A stretch of 64,000 nt of DNA from Escherichia phage ECp13. The translations under genes and the position numbers were made by a program. The notes under the pieces are model-generated. The model did no database searches, was not told where the DNA came from, and was given only the letters and a program-made list of their open reading frames with translations. The stretch's first letter is position 1. Every line of letters begins with the position of its first letter. The DNA lies in sequence record PP274704.1; one strand, 5' to 3'. This document shows, piece by piece, positions 1 to 13,638 of this stretch.

Positions 1-89
1 AAGACCTCACTCGTTTTATGGCTAATGAATATTGTGATGGTATGGATTCTGAAGACGCAGAATTTTACATGGGACTGATTGAACAATAA
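1..89 (+). CDS. C-terminal end of an upstream gene, partial (runs off the window start)
   Basis: Open frame from the window edge to TAA at 87-89, followed by a GGGCT-TTAT-AGCCC hairpin. Confidence 0.3.
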   Translation, partial: DLTRFMANEYCDGMDSEDAEFYMGLIEQ

Positions 90-132
90 TTATCAAGGGG
101 CTTTATAGCCCTATTAAAATGAGGAAAACGTA

Positions 133-498
133 ATGTATAATGGCAAAAAGTATGAGCTTGTTCCAAGACTTATTGATACATTTATTAGTTATCGCCCACG
201 TTCTAATTCATCAATAGTTAAAATTATTCAAGAAAATGGCGGATGGTTTGAAGTTAAAGAATCTTTCTTTGCTGACGGATTTAAAGTAATAAAACACATT
301 GAATGCGCAAATGGAAAGCATTTTTACTTTAACGTCTGCGAAGATGAATTTCATTGTTTTCGTGAGTATAAAGAACCAACTTCTGAAGAAGATGAAGTTA
401 AAGACAAGGTTTCTGGCGTAACAAAAATTCACTGCATTGTTGACGAAAACAATGTAGACGAAATCATTGAACTTTTGCGAAAAACTTTCAAAAAGTAG
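133..498 (+). CDS. hypothetical small early protein, paralog of 556..900
   Basis: 121-aa ORF; shares a spaced residue pattern with the next ORF. Confidence 0.5.
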   Translation: MYNGKKYELVPRLIDTFISYRPRSNSSIVKIIQENGGWFEVKESFFADGFKVIKHIECANGKHFYFNVCEDEFHCFREYKEPTSEEDEVKDKVSGVTKIHCIVDENNVDEIIELLRKTFKK

Positions 499-533
499 TT
501 TACAGAAGGGTAGTAGTGTGATACTATTACCCT
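498..533 (+). promoter_or_regulatory. early promoter with stem-loop (PeSL-like): GTTTAC -35, TGaTACTAT extended -10 inside an inverted repeat
   Basis: GTTTAC at 498-503, 18-nt spacer, TG-a-TACTAT at 519-527; arms GGGTAGTA and TATTACCC. Confidence 0.5.
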
Positions 534-555
534 ATTAAATACTGAGGAAATTAAA

Positions 556-900
556 ATGATGGAAACTGGTAAATTTTACGTATTAGACCCTGCTGCCAAA
601 AAACACTTTATCGCTAGTAGTCCTGATGATAATTCGTGCATGGTCAAGTTGATGGAACAACATGGCAATTCCTTCAAAGTCCTGGATATGTGTTATATTG
701 AAGGTGATTATTTTGTTGAAAAAGTTGAAATGAAAGATGGCACCATCCTGAATAGTATGGGTGATGATGATGAGTACTTTGAACTCGCTGAATGGGAATT
801 TCGCCACTTCCTAGAAGTTGATGGCGATGCTCCTGATGTTGATACTCAAACTATTCATGTGCAGGTAAATCATAAAAATGCGGCGGAAGTTATTGCTTGA
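556..900 (+). CDS. hypothetical small early protein, paralog of 133..498
   Basis: 114-aa ORF preceded by an early-promoter-like element and a GAGGAAA ribosome-binding site. Confidence 0.5.
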   Translation: MMETGKFYVLDPAAKKHFIASSPDDNSCMVKLMEQHGNSFKVLDMCYIEGDYFVEKVEMKDGTILNSMGDDDEYFELAEWEFRHFLEVDGDAPDVDTQTIHVQVNHKNAAEVIA

Positions 901-932
901 TTAAAGCAACTTTTGATATTCAGTAAAAGTAG

Positions 933-969
933 TGTACAACTAAATGGGGCTATGATATAATGGTCCCAT
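933..969 (+). promoter_or_regulatory. early promoter: GTGTAC -35, TGaTATAAT extended -10, flanking inverted repeat
   Basis: GTGTAC at 933-938, 17-nt spacer, TATAAT at 956-961; ATGGG and CCCAT arms. Confidence 0.5.
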
Positions 970-998
970 ACTGAGTTAACAAATAACTGGAGAATAAA

Positions 999-1241
999 AT
1001 GAGATTACAACGCCAGAGTATTAAAGATTCAGAAGTTAGAGGTAAATGGTATTTTAATATCATCGGTAAAGATTCTGAACTTGTTGAAAAAGCTGAACAT
1101 CTTTTGCGTGACATGGGATGGGAAGATGAATGTGATGGATGCCCTCTTTACGAGGATGGAGAAAGCGCAGGATTCTGGATTTACCATTCTGACGTTGAAC
1201 AGTTTAAAGCTGATTGGAAAATTGTGAAAAAGTCTGTTTGA
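999..1241 (+). CDS. hypothetical protein
   Basis: 80-aa ORF with a GGAG ribosome-binding site, preceded by an early-promoter-like element. Confidence 0.45.
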   Translation: MRLQRQSIKDSEVRGKWYFNIIGKDSELVEKAEHLLRDMGWEDECDGCPLYEDGESAGFWIYHSDVEQFKADWKIVKKSV

Positions 1242-1251
1242 GGAAAATATT

Positions 1252-1595
1252 ATGTCTGACATTTGTATAACTGGAATTACCCAAGTAAAAATTCGTTGTC
1301 AACTTAAAACCGCGCCTGGGACGGCTTTTATTAATTTATCACACGACATAGATTCCCGTGAAAGCCAGTTAATGGGTGTAATTACATTTTACGCTGGATT
1401 TGGCGGAAACGAATTTACTGTAGGCGAAATTGTCGGCCGTAAATTAAAAGTTCAGAAGAACGTATTAGAACTTTTTAATGACCTTTACGACGATAGTGAC
1501 GAAGTTTTTGATGAAATCGCGCAAGCAGTTAACAGAGGAATGGTAACTTTAGTTAAAATGATTGACGCTAGCGGATATGCTCATGACCCTTTTCA

Positions 1596-1611
<16 letters not shown>
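1252..1611 (+). CDS. hypothetical protein
   Basis: 119-aa ORF tightly packed against its neighbours. Confidence 0.45.
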
Positions 1612-2627
<1,016 letters not shown>

Positions 2628-2640
<13 letters not shown>

Positions 2641-3500
2641 TGAAACAATACCAGGATTTAATTAAAGACATTTTTGAAAATGGTTATGAAACCGATGACC
2701 GAACAGGCACAGGAACAATTGCTTTGTTCGGTACTAAATTACGCTGGGATTTAACTAAAGGTTTTCCTGCAGTAACGACTAAGAAGCTTGCCTGGAAAGC
2801 TTGCATTGCTGAGCTAATATGGTTTTTATCGGGAAGCACAAATGTCAATGATTTGCGATTAATTCAACATGATTCATTAATTCAAGGCAAAACAGTCTGG
2901 GATGAAAATTACGAAAATCAAGCAAAAGATTTAGGATACCATAGTGGTGAACTTGGTCCAATTTATGGAAAACAGTGGCGTGATTTTGGTGGTGTAGACC
3001 AAATTATAGAAGTTGTTGATCGTATTAAAAAACTGCCAAATGATAGACGTCAAATTGTTTCAGCATGGAATCCAGCTGAACTCAAGCAAATGGCATTACC
3101 ACCTTGTCATATGTTCTATCAATTTAATGTGCGTAATGGCTATTTGGATTTGCAGTGGTATCAACGTTCGGTAGATGTTTTCCTCGGTCTTCCATTTAAT
3201 ATTGCATCATATGCTACGTTAGTTCATATTGTAGCTAAGATGTGTAATCTTATTCCAGGAGATTTGATATTTTCTGGTGGTAATACTCATATCTATATGA
3301 ATCACGTAGAACAATGTAAAGAAATTTTGCGTCGTGAACCTATGGATTTATGCGAATTACAATTAAAATTTCCAGATGAATTTGATGAATGGGACACAGA
3401 ATCGCAGGTATTTTGGTTGAGTCAATTCGCAAAGCCGCATAATTTTGTTCTTAACAACTATGTATCTCACCCGCCAATTAAAGGAAAGATGGCGGTGTAA
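2628..3500 (+). CDS. td: thymidylate synthase, uninterrupted (no group I intron)
   Basis: 290 aa in one continuous frame; active-site region ALPPCHMFYQF; DRRQIVSAWNP motif. Confidence 0.95.
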
Positions 3501-3511
3501 TTTTAATTTAA

Positions 3512-3787
3512 TTGAGAGGATATATGATTTTACGATTTAAGGATACTTCTGGTGTCGTTCTTTTTACACTTCCTAACCCAAGTGAGTTAGAAGTTCCAGG
3601 ACCAAATCAGCCTATTATCATTTATGGCAAAAAATATTATACTCATAAAATGACCCGTGAGTATTTTGATAATAAAATTTCCACAGTTAAAACTTCTTCT
3701 GACTGTTATTATGATATTACTGTTTTAACGGAAAAACAATATGACGAATTATCACCGCGCGGGCCGTCTATGCCAGGTAGTGAATAA
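3512..3787 (+). CDS. hypothetical protein
   Basis: 91-aa ORF between td and nrdA. Confidence 0.4.
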   Translation: MRGYMILRFKDTSGVVLFTLPNPSELEVPGPNQPIIIYGKKYYTHKMTREYFDNKISTVKTSSDCYYDITVLTEKQYDELSPRGPSMPGSE

Positions 3788-4067
3788 ATATAAATCCGAC
3801 TTTGATGTTAATATTCACCGCGGTACATTTTGGGGAAATTACGTCGGTAAAGATGCTGGCAGCCGGGAGGCTGCCATTGAATTATTCAAAAAAGATTTTA
3901 TACGTCGAATTAAATCCGGAGAAATAACTAAAGCACATTTAGAGCCTTTACGTGGAATGAGGCTAGGATGCACATGTAAACCAAAGCCGTGTCATGGTGA
4001 TATAATAGCTCATATAGTTAACCGATTGTTTAAAGACGATTTTCAAGTTGAGGACTTATGCAATTAA
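3741..4067 (+). CDS. hypothetical protein
   Basis: 108-aa ORF; Cys/His-containing C-terminus ([10 protein letters not shown]). Confidence 0.4.
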   Translation: MTNYHRAGRLCQVVNKYKSDFDVNIHRGTFWGNYVGKDAGSREAAIELFKKDFIRRIKSGEITKAHLEPLRGMRLGCTCKPKPCHGDIIAHIVNRLFKDDFQVEDLCN

Positions 4068-6322
4068 TTAATGTTATCAAAAGTAGTGGTGTTTCTCAGA
4101 GCTTTGACCCACAAAAAATTATTAAAGTTTTATCTTGGGCAGCTGAAGGAACATCTGTAGATCCTTATGAATTATATGAAAATATTAAATCATATCTCCG
4201 TGATGGAATGACAACTGATGACATTCAGACTATTGTCATTAAGGCTGCTGCGAATTCTATTTCAGTTGAAGAGCCTGATTACCAATATGTAGCTGCACGC
4301 TGTTTAATGTTCGCTCTTCGTAAGCATGTTTACGGGCAGTATGAACCACGTTCATTTATTGACCATATTTCTTACTGCGTAAATGAAGGTAAATACGACC
4401 CTGAACTGTTATCAAAATATTCTGCAGAAGAAATTACATTTTTAGAATCAAAAATTAAGCACGAGCGGGATATGGAATTTACTTATTCCGGGGCGATGCA
4501 ATTAAAAGAAAAATATCTAGTTAAAGATAAAACCACTGGTCAAATTTATGAAACTCCGCAGTTTGCATTTATGACTATTGGAATGGCATTGCATCAAGAT
4601 GAACCCGTTGATAGACTAAAACACGTTATTCGTTTTTATGAAGCAGTATCTACTCGACAGATTTCATTGCCAACTCCTATTATGGCTGGTTGCCGTACTC
4701 CAACTCGGCAGTTTAGTTCATGCGTTGTTATTGAGGCGGGTGATTCATTGAAGTCTATCAATAAGGCTTCCGCTTCAATTGTTGAATATATCTCCAAACG
4801 TGCTGGAATTGGTATTAACGTTGGTATGATTCGTGCCGAAGGTTCTAAGATTGGCACAGGTGAAGTACGCCATACTGGTGTTATTCCTTTTTGGAAACAT
4901 TTTCAGACTGCTGTTAAATCATGCTCACAGGGTGGAATTCGTGGCGGCGCTGCTACTGCTTATTATCCTATTTGGCATTTGGAAGTTGAAAATCTTCTCG
5001 TTTTGAAAAATAACAAAGGCGTAGAAGAAAACCGTATCCGTCATATGGATTATGGCGTTCAGCTGAATGATTTGATGATGGAACGTTTTGGAAAGAACGA
5101 CTACATTACTTTGTTCAGTCCGCATGAAATGGGTGGCGAACTTTATTATTCTTATTTTAAAGACCAAGACCGTTTCCGTGAATTATATGAAGCTGCAGAA
5201 AAAGACCCTAATATTCGTAAAAAGCGTATTAAAGCCCGTGAACTGTTTGAATTGCTCATGACTGAACGCTCAGGAACAGCAAGGATTTATGTGCAGTTCA
5301 TTGATAATACGAATAACTATACTCCATTTATTCGTGAAAAGGCACCTATTCGTCAGAGTAACTTGTGTTGTGAAATTGCTATTCCAACAAATGATGTGAA
5401 TAGCCCTGATGCTGAAATTGGATTGTGCACGTTATCTGCGTTTGTGTTGGATAACTTCGATTGGCAAGACCAAGATAAAATTAATGAATTGGCAGAAGTC
5501 CAAGTTCGTGCTCTTGATAATCTTTTGGATTACCAAGGATATCCAGTTCCTGAAGCAGAAAAAGCTAAAAAACGTCGAAACCTTGGCGTAGGCGTTACTA
5601 ACTATGCAGCTTGGCTGGCAAGTAATTTTGCTTCTTATGAAGACGCTAACGATTTAACACATGAACTATTTGAGAGATTGCAGTATGGACTTATTAAAGC
5701 ATCCATTAAGCTCGCCAAAGAAAAAGGACCTTGCGAATATTATTCAGACACTCGTTGGTCTCGAGGCGAATTACCTATCGACTGGTACAATAAAAAGATT
5801 GACCAAATCGCAGCTCCAAAATACGTTTGTGACTGGTCGTCGCTGCGGGAAGACCTTAAGCTCTTTGGCATCCGTAATAGCACATTATCAGCACTTATGC
5901 CGTGTGAGTCATCTTCCCAAGTTTCTAACAGTACAAACGGTATCGAGCCTCCACGTGGACCAGTCTCTGTTAAAGAATCAAAAGAGGGTTCCTTTAATCA
6001 AGTCGTGCCCAATATTGAACATAACATAGACCTATATGATTATACGTGGAAATTAGCTAAGAAAGGTAATAAACCTTATCTTACGCAGGTAGCTATTATG
6101 CTGAAATGGGTATGTCAATCAGCTTCAGCGAATACATATTATGACCCGCAGATTTTTCCAAAAGGAAAGGTTCCAATGTCAATAATGATTGATGACCTTT
6201 TGTATTTTTGGTATTTTGGCGGAAAAAATTTCTATTATCATAATACCCGTGACGGTTCTGGTACTGATGATTATGAAATAGAAACTCCAAAAGCTGAAGA
6301 TTGTTCATCCTGTAAATTATGA
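4058..6322 (+). CDS. nrdA: aerobic ribonucleotide reductase large subunit
   Basis: 754 aa; class I RNR sequence with active-site NLCCEIA and the C-terminal CSSCKL. Confidence 0.95.
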   Translation: MQLINVIKSSGVSQSFDPQKIIKVLSWAAEGTSVDPYELYENIKSYLRDGMTTDDIQTIVIKAAANSISVEEPDYQYVAARCLMFALRKHVYGQYEPRSFIDHISYCVNEGKYDPELLSKYSAEEITFLESKIKHERDMEFTYSGAMQLKEKYLVKDKTTGQIYETPQFAFMTIGMALHQDEPVDRLKHVIRFYEAVSTRQISLPTPIMAGCRTPTRQFSSCVVIEAGDSLKSINKASASIVEYISKRAGIGINVGMIRAEGSKIGTGEVRHTGVIPFWKHFQTAVKSCSQGGIRGGAATAYYPIWHLEVENLLVLKNNKGVEENRIRHMDYGVQLNDLMMERFGKNDYITLFSPHEMGGELYYSYFKDQDRFRELYEAAEKDPNIRKKRIKARELFELLMTERSGTARIYVQFIDNTNNYTPFIREKAPIRQSNLCCEIAIPTNDVNSPDAEIGLCTLSAFVLDNFDWQDQDKINELAEVQVRALDNLLDYQGYPVPEAEKAKKRRNLGVGVTNYAAWLASNFASYEDANDLTHELFERLQYGLIKASIKLAKEKGPCEYYSDTRWSRGELPIDWYNKKIDQIAAPKYVCDWSSLREDLKLFGIRNSTLSALMPCESSSQVSNSTNGIEPPRGPVSVKESKEGSFNQVVPNIEHNIDLYDYTWKLAKKGNKPYLTQVAIMLKWVCQSASANTYYDPQIFPKGKVPMSIMIDDLLYFWYFGGKNFYYHNTRDGSGTDDYEIETPKAEDCSSCKL

Positions 6323-6373
6323 TATAATTTGACTCACGGACGAGTCACTATCTATTAACTAAGCGGAAAATTT

Positions 6374-7543
6374 ATGAGCACAGTTTTTAATACAAATCCA
6401 GTTGATGTTTTAAAAGAACCTATGTTCTTCGGTTCAGGTCTTGGTATTGCGCGTTATGATATTCAACGTCATAAAGTTTTTGAAGATTTAACTGAAAAGC
6501 AATTATCATTTTTCTGGCGTCCTGAAGAAGTAAACTTGATGATGGATGCTGCACAATTTAACAAGCTTCCTCAATATCAGCAAGATATTTTTACTAATAA
6601 CCTGAAGTATCAATCACTTCTAGATAGCATTCAGGGTCGTGCGCCGTCTGCTGTACTTATGTCGTTAATTTCAGACCCAAGTCTTGATACATGGGTTGCT
6701 ACATGGACTTTTAGCGAAACTATTCACAGCCGTTCATATACTCATATCATGCGAAATCTTTATACTGATCCATCAAAGGTATTTGATGAGATTGTATTAG
6801 ATAAAGCTATCATGAAACGTGCTGAATCTATTGGTCGTTATTATGATGACGTTCTAGTTAAGACTCGTGAATATCAGAATGCGGTTGAAGATTATGAAGG
6901 AATTTTATCAGAAGGATTTCGTAAAGAAGAGCTAGGCAAAGTTGTTGAATGTACTAAACGAGCACTAATGAAATCTCTTTATCTTTGCCTTCATGTAATC
7001 AACGCATTGGAAGCTATTCGTTTTTATGTATCTTTCGCATGTACCTTTAACTTCCATAAAAACATGGAAATTATGGAAGGTAATGCCAAGATTATGAAGT
7101 TCATTGCTCGTGATGAACAACTTCACCTTAAAGGCACCCAATATATTATTCGTCAACTTCAACTTGGCACTGATGGTGATGAATGGGTTAAAATTGCCCA
7201 AGAGTGTGAACAAGAAGCAGTTGATATTTTCATGGAAGTTAACCGTCAAGAAAAAGATTGGGCAGTTCATTTATTTAAAGATGGCGATGTTCCTGGATTA
7301 AATACAAATAGCATGTGGAGCTTTATTGATTACTTAACTGTATCTCGTATGAAACAGTGCGGTCTTCCATGCCCAATTACCGATGCTCCGGTTAAACATC
7401 CGTATCCTTGGATTCGTGAATATCTTAATTCTGATAATGTTCAATCCGCGCCACAAGAAGTAGAACTGTCATCTTACCTTGTAGCACAGATTGATAATGA
7501 TGTTGATGATAAAGTTATGATGAGTTTTAAAAAATATTTTTAA
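6374..7543 (+). CDS. nrdB: aerobic ribonucleotide reductase small subunit, uninterrupted (no intron)
   Basis: 389 aa in one continuous frame; R2-type iron-ligand motif (SETIHSRSY). Confidence 0.95.
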   Translation: MSTVFNTNPVDVLKEPMFFGSGLGIARYDIQRHKVFEDLTEKQLSFFWRPEEVNLMMDAAQFNKLPQYQQDIFTNNLKYQSLLDSIQGRAPSAVLMSLISDPSLDTWVATWTFSETIHSRSYTHIMRNLYTDPSKVFDEIVLDKAIMKRAESIGRYYDDVLVKTREYQNAVEDYEGILSEGFRKEELGKVVECTKRALMKSLYLCLHVINALEAIRFYVSFACTFNFHKNMEIMEGNAKIMKFIARDEQLHLKGTQYIIRQLQLGTDGDEWVKIAQECEQEAVDIFMEVNRQEKDWAVHLFKDGDVPGLNTNSMWSFIDYLTVSRMKQCGLPCPITDAPVKHPYPWIREYLNSDNVQSAPQEVELSSYLVAQIDNDVDDKVMMSFKKYF

Positions 7544-7547
7544 GGAG

Positions 7548-7570
7548 TGGGCCGCAAGGCCCATTTTATT
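7548..7570 (+). terminator. rho-independent terminator after nrdB
   Basis: TGGGCC-GCAA-GGCCCA hairpin followed by TTTTATT. Confidence 0.6.
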
Positions 7571-9157
<1,587 letters not shown>

Positions 9158-9160
9158 GCT

Positions 9161-9214
9161 GTTTACAAGTCCCTCGTGTTGTGTTATAGTAGACTTACTG
9201 ACATAACATGAGGA
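9161..9214 (+). promoter_or_regulatory. early promoter plus 5' leader, copy A of the 54-nt repeat, upstream of alc
   Basis: GTTTAC, 18-nt spacer, TG-t-TATAGT, then a leader carrying GAGGA. Confidence 0.5.
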
Positions 9215-9221
9215 CTTTATG

Positions 9222-9725
9222 ATGGATTTGCAGCTTATTACTACTGAGATGGTCGTTGAAGCATACGGTGATACTACAGATGGGATTTCTGTATTTAAAG
9301 GAAATCGTCGAGTTGGATATATCACCGATCTTAAGAAAGATTTAGCTAAGCAAGTCAAGCGGAAAACGACCATTAAAGAATATCGAAATCGTCGTCTTGA
9401 GCAAGCCCGTGATATGCTTCCTGATGCGGTTGAGGAGATGAAAGTCTTTTTAGAAAATCAGCTTGCGAAATATGATTGTGATGTGTTCATTAATCAGACT
9501 CAACCTAATGTTCATATCAACAACTGCAAATGCTATATCATCGTTAATCCTTTAACGGGAAAACACCGTCTTGGAATTAGTAATCCAAATCGTAGCGCAT
9601 CGGATATGGCAGAAGATGTTGAGGCATGCTTTAAAATTTCTAAATCTCCTGCTGAACATCATATTTTAATTAACGGTCTTTCTCAAGACGATATTATAGA
9701 GGTTATTAAAACTTTATGCAATTAA
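9222..9725 (+). CDS. alc: Alc, inhibitor of transcription on cytosine-containing DNA
   Basis: 167 aa from the second ATG; sequence recognised as T4 Alc; follows rnlA as in T4. Confidence 0.8.
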   Translation: MDLQLITTEMVVEAYGDTTDGISVFKGNRRVGYITDLKKDLAKQVKRKTTIKEYRNRRLEQARDMLPDAVEEMKVFLENQLAKYDCDVFINQTQPNVHINNCKCYIIVNPLTGKHRLGISNPNRSASDMAEDVEACFKISKSPAEHHILINGLSQDDIIEVIKTLCN

Positions 9726-10069
9726 GTAATACGACAACAGGCTTGCTATTAATTGTAATTGCATTGGGCGGAACTTCTTTAATTTTAAAAAATAAAATTG
9801 AAAGATTAGAAACGTCTGTTGTAGAAATTACAAAAACGGCCAATGAAAACGCTTTAGCATTAAATAATTTGCGAATTCAGTATAATTATATTGATGCGAT
9901 GAATAATAAAAATCGTGAGGCAATTGCTGCTATTGAGCGTGAAAATGAAAAACTGCGCAAAGACGCAAAGAAGGCGGATGTGGTGGCTCATAAGCCAGGA
10001 TTGGTTGAAAAACAAATCAACAACTCCTTCAACAAGTTCGCAGAAGACATCCAGGACCTTTCTAAATGA
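9716..10069 (+). CDS. hypothetical membrane-anchored coiled-coil protein
   Basis: 117 aa; N-terminal hydrophobic helix (GLLLIVIALGG) followed by a charged helical region. Confidence 0.45.
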   Translation: MQLSNTTTGLLLIVIALGGTSLILKNKIERLETSVVEITKTANENALALNNLRIQYNYIDAMNNKNREAIAAIERENEKLRKDAKKADVVAHKPGLVEKQINNSFNKFAEDIQDLSK

Positions 10070-10365
10070 TTAAACTATCAGCAGTAATATTATCTATTGG
10101 TCTTCTAGTTGGTTGTTCGACAAAGCCTCTAGAAGTAAAGAAAGAAACAGTTCATCCTAATTGGCCAGTACAAATAAAGTCATACGATGAAGCTAAACTA
10201 TCTTGGCAAGTTAAAGTTATTGATGGTAAAGCTTGGGTCGGTATGCCATTCGAAGATTCCCAGGAATTTCGTATTTGGCTTAATGATGTAAAACGATATG
10301 TACATGATCAGAAAACTATGATATGTTATTATCGCCAAGAGTTAAAAGAGGATAAATGCAAATGA
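10066..10365 (+). CDS. putative lipoprotein
   Basis: 99 aa; signal peptide with lipobox LLVGC. Confidence 0.5.
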   Translation: MIKLSAVILSIGLLVGCSTKPLEVKKETVHPNWPVQIKSYDEAKLSWQVKVIDGKAWVGMPFEDSQEFRIWLNDVKRYVHDQKTMICYYRQELKEDKCK

Positions 10366-10586
10366 TTTCATGGCATCAATTTGAACATCTCAAAGGATTG
10401 ATTTATGAATCCGAGATGGCTGCAATGATTTATGGACGTCAGATTCAGCGGTTAGAATCTTTACCTCCAACTAATGATGTTTTATTAGCTCAATCACGTG
10501 CTAATCTTAAAAATGAATACCAAAATAAGTGGGGTAAAGCATCTAAAGACCTACATGATTATATTCAATCATTGGTTGAGAAATAA
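10356..10586 (+). CDS. hypothetical protein
   Basis: 76-aa ORF. Confidence 0.4.
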   Translation: MQMISWHQFEHLKGLIYESEMAAMIYGRQIQRLESLPPTNDVLLAQSRANLKNEYQNKWGKASKDLHDYIQSLVEK

Positions 10587-10589
10587 TAA

Positions 10590-11814
<1,225 letters not shown>

Positions 11815-11815
<1 letters not shown>

Positions 11816-12012
11816 TGGCTTTGCATCATGAAACTTGGGCTATTGTTATTGTAAATAGCGGTTTAGTTGGTACTAGTAATGGGCAATTTTGTGTTTTCAC
11901 TAGTGAAAACAGAGCTTGGGAGGAATGTCTTAAATTAAGGGAAAAGAATCCTGATGTTGAACTAACAGTAAAGAAAACTAAACTACCTTTACCATGGAAA
12001 ACTTATGAATAA
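11815..12012 (+). CDS. hypothetical small protein
   Basis: 65-aa ORF, translationally coupled. Confidence 0.35.
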
Positions 12013-12205
12013 CATAGAAAAGATTTATCGACTTTGTGATAAAATTGAAAAAGAAAAGAAATATCTATTTTGTTTATGGCCTATTGTTGATGGAAGAATA
12101 GACTTAGATATTCTTGATTATGAAACAGAAGACATAGTAGATGGTTCAACTTTTGATAATGCGTTGGATGTTATTAATTGGCTCGAAGAAAATTATGTGG
12201 GGTGA
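12005..12205 (+). CDS. hypothetical small protein
   Basis: 66-aa ORF. Confidence 0.35.
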   Translation: MNNIEKIYRLCDKIEKEKKYLFCLWPIVDGRIDLDILDYETEDIVDGSTFDNALDVINWLEENYVG

Positions 12206-12483
12206 ATATGTTTCCGACTTATTCTAAAATCGTAGAAGTAGTGTTTAGTCAAATTATCGCTAATAATATGTTTGAAAAGCTTGATAACGCAGCCGAGCTT
12301 CGAATTCATGCTCAAGTGACTCATGTATTGAACACTTTGCTTCCAGACCAGGTGGATTCTATTGCCATTACGCTGTATCCAGGTTCCGCGCATATCATTG
12401 TCGTATTTGGTCTTGATGCTGAGCTAGTCATCAAAGGCGATATTCGCTTTGAATCACAGACATCAGAATTCAAAGCAATTTAA
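12178..12483 (+). CDS. hypothetical protein (start uncertain, possibly ATG at 12208)
   Basis: 101-aa ORF. Confidence 0.35.
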   Translation: MARRKLCGVNMFPTYSKIVEVVFSQIIANNMFEKLDNAAELRIHAQVTHVLNTLLPDQVDSIAITLYPGSAHIIVVFGLDAELVIKGDIRFESQTSEFKAI

Positions 12484-12485
12484 TG

Positions 12486-12524
12486 GTTTACTTTATGGTA
12501 GAGTTGTGATATTATAGCTCTACC
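12486..12524 (+). promoter_or_regulatory. early promoter with stem-loop (PeSL-like)
   Basis: GTTTAC at 12486-12491, 18-nt spacer, TG-a-TATTAT at 12507-12515; arms GGTAGAG and CTCTACC. Confidence 0.55.
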
Positions 12525-12545
12525 AAAACAAATGAGGAAATTGAA

Positions 12546-13073
12546 ATGAGCGAATGGTTTGAAGAAGATAAGGTTTATCGTTTTAAAGCTGGATATAAAG
12601 ATATTTTTAATGAAACTTGTGGGGCCAATAAACGAATTGCTCAGTTTATTGGGGAAAATTCATTTAAAGTAAAAATAGATCCTGCGAAAAATGTTATTAG
12701 CATTAAACGCGAAATTGATGACCGCTGGTATAAAGCTGTTGATGTAATGGGCGAATCCTATAAAGTTAGCCCGTTATTTTCAATTGCTTATATGTTAGAA
12801 TATTCTTTTTTCGAAGAAGTTCAAAAAGATGATTCTGTCAGTAAATTTGAAATTAAAACTGATAAAGAAATTAAGTGGAAAGTAGTAGGTATTACTGGTT
12901 GCATGTTTTATATCTATGCTCAAACTGATACGAAGGAAGAAGCTAAAAAGAAAGCTCTAGAATATCTTGAAGAGTATAAAGAAGGCCCGGTAATGATTAC
13001 CCAAGATGCCGAATTAGTTTCTGTCAAATTAGTTAAAAACGTTGAAAGTAAGGAGCTGGGATCAACATGCTAA
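12546..13073 (+). CDS. hypothetical protein
   Basis: 175-aa ORF with GAGGAAA ribosome-binding site, downstream of an early-promoter stem-loop. Confidence 0.45.
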   Translation: MSEWFEEDKVYRFKAGYKDIFNETCGANKRIAQFIGENSFKVKIDPAKNVISIKREIDDRWYKAVDVMGESYKVSPLFSIAYMLEYSFFEEVQKDDSVSKFEIKTDKEIKWKVVGITGCMFYIYAQTDTKEEAKKKALEYLEEYKEGPVMITQDAELVSVKLVKNVESKELGSTC

Positions 13074-13303
13074 GTGAAAAACCAATTACTGTTAAAGAAT
13101 TCCAAGAAAAAGTTAAACTATTTGCTCAGGAATTGGTAAATAAAGTTTCTGAACGATTTCCAGAAACATCGGTTCGTGTTATTACCGAAACTCCTCGTTC
13201 GGTATTAGTAATTGTGAATCCAGGTGATGGTGATCAAATAACACATCTCAAATTGGATTTTGATGGATTAGTTGAAGCACAAAGGGTGTATGGCGTACTA
13301 TGA
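13067..13303 (+). CDS. hypothetical protein
   Basis: 78-aa ORF. Confidence 0.4.
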   Translation: MLSEKPITVKEFQEKVKLFAQELVNKVSERFPETSVRVITETPRSVLVIVNPGDGDQITHLKLDFDGLVEAQRVYGVL

Positions 13304-13638
13304 TGAATTTAACTGATATAATTGATAATTGTCTTGAAAATGATACTGGCGATCATAGAGCGCTTGATTCTGAAACAGCACAGTTCATTAGAATAACTTT
13401 AATGAATGATACTCTAGTGAATAGTATTCATCCTTCTGTGTATGATGCTATTATTGTGACGAAGTATCCAGTTGAGCTTCACAAAAAGATGGTTGGCGCA
13501 ATTTTTATTGATAAGAAAAACCGCTTTAAAGACGGGCAGAATATAATTAGTTCTGCTATTAAAAGTATAACTAAACTTCGTCACGAAATTTATCGTGTTG
13601 AAACTGCTAAATCTGCTTATCTGGTGATTATGAAATGA
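13300..13638 (+). CDS. hypothetical protein
   Basis: 112-aa ORF. Confidence 0.4.
   Translation: MMNLTDIIDNCLENDTGDHRALDSETAQFIRITLMNDTLVNSIHPSVYDAIIVTKYPVELHKKMVGAIFIDKKNRFKDGQNIISSAIKSITKLRHEIYRVETAKSAYLVIMK

Noticed and set aside
4636-5167. Minus-strand ORFs 4636..4857 and 4925..5167 inside nrdA
   Set aside because: Fully embedded antisense in a recognised gene, with no promoter or ribosome-binding site.
5409-6029. Plus-strand alternate-frame ORFs 5409..5591 and 5661..6029 inside nrdA
   Set aside because: Out-of-frame overlaps within nrdA.
7547-7570. GTG start for denA at 7547
   Set aside because: These codons lie inside the nrdB terminator hairpin; the ATG at 7571 gives a 136-aa product.
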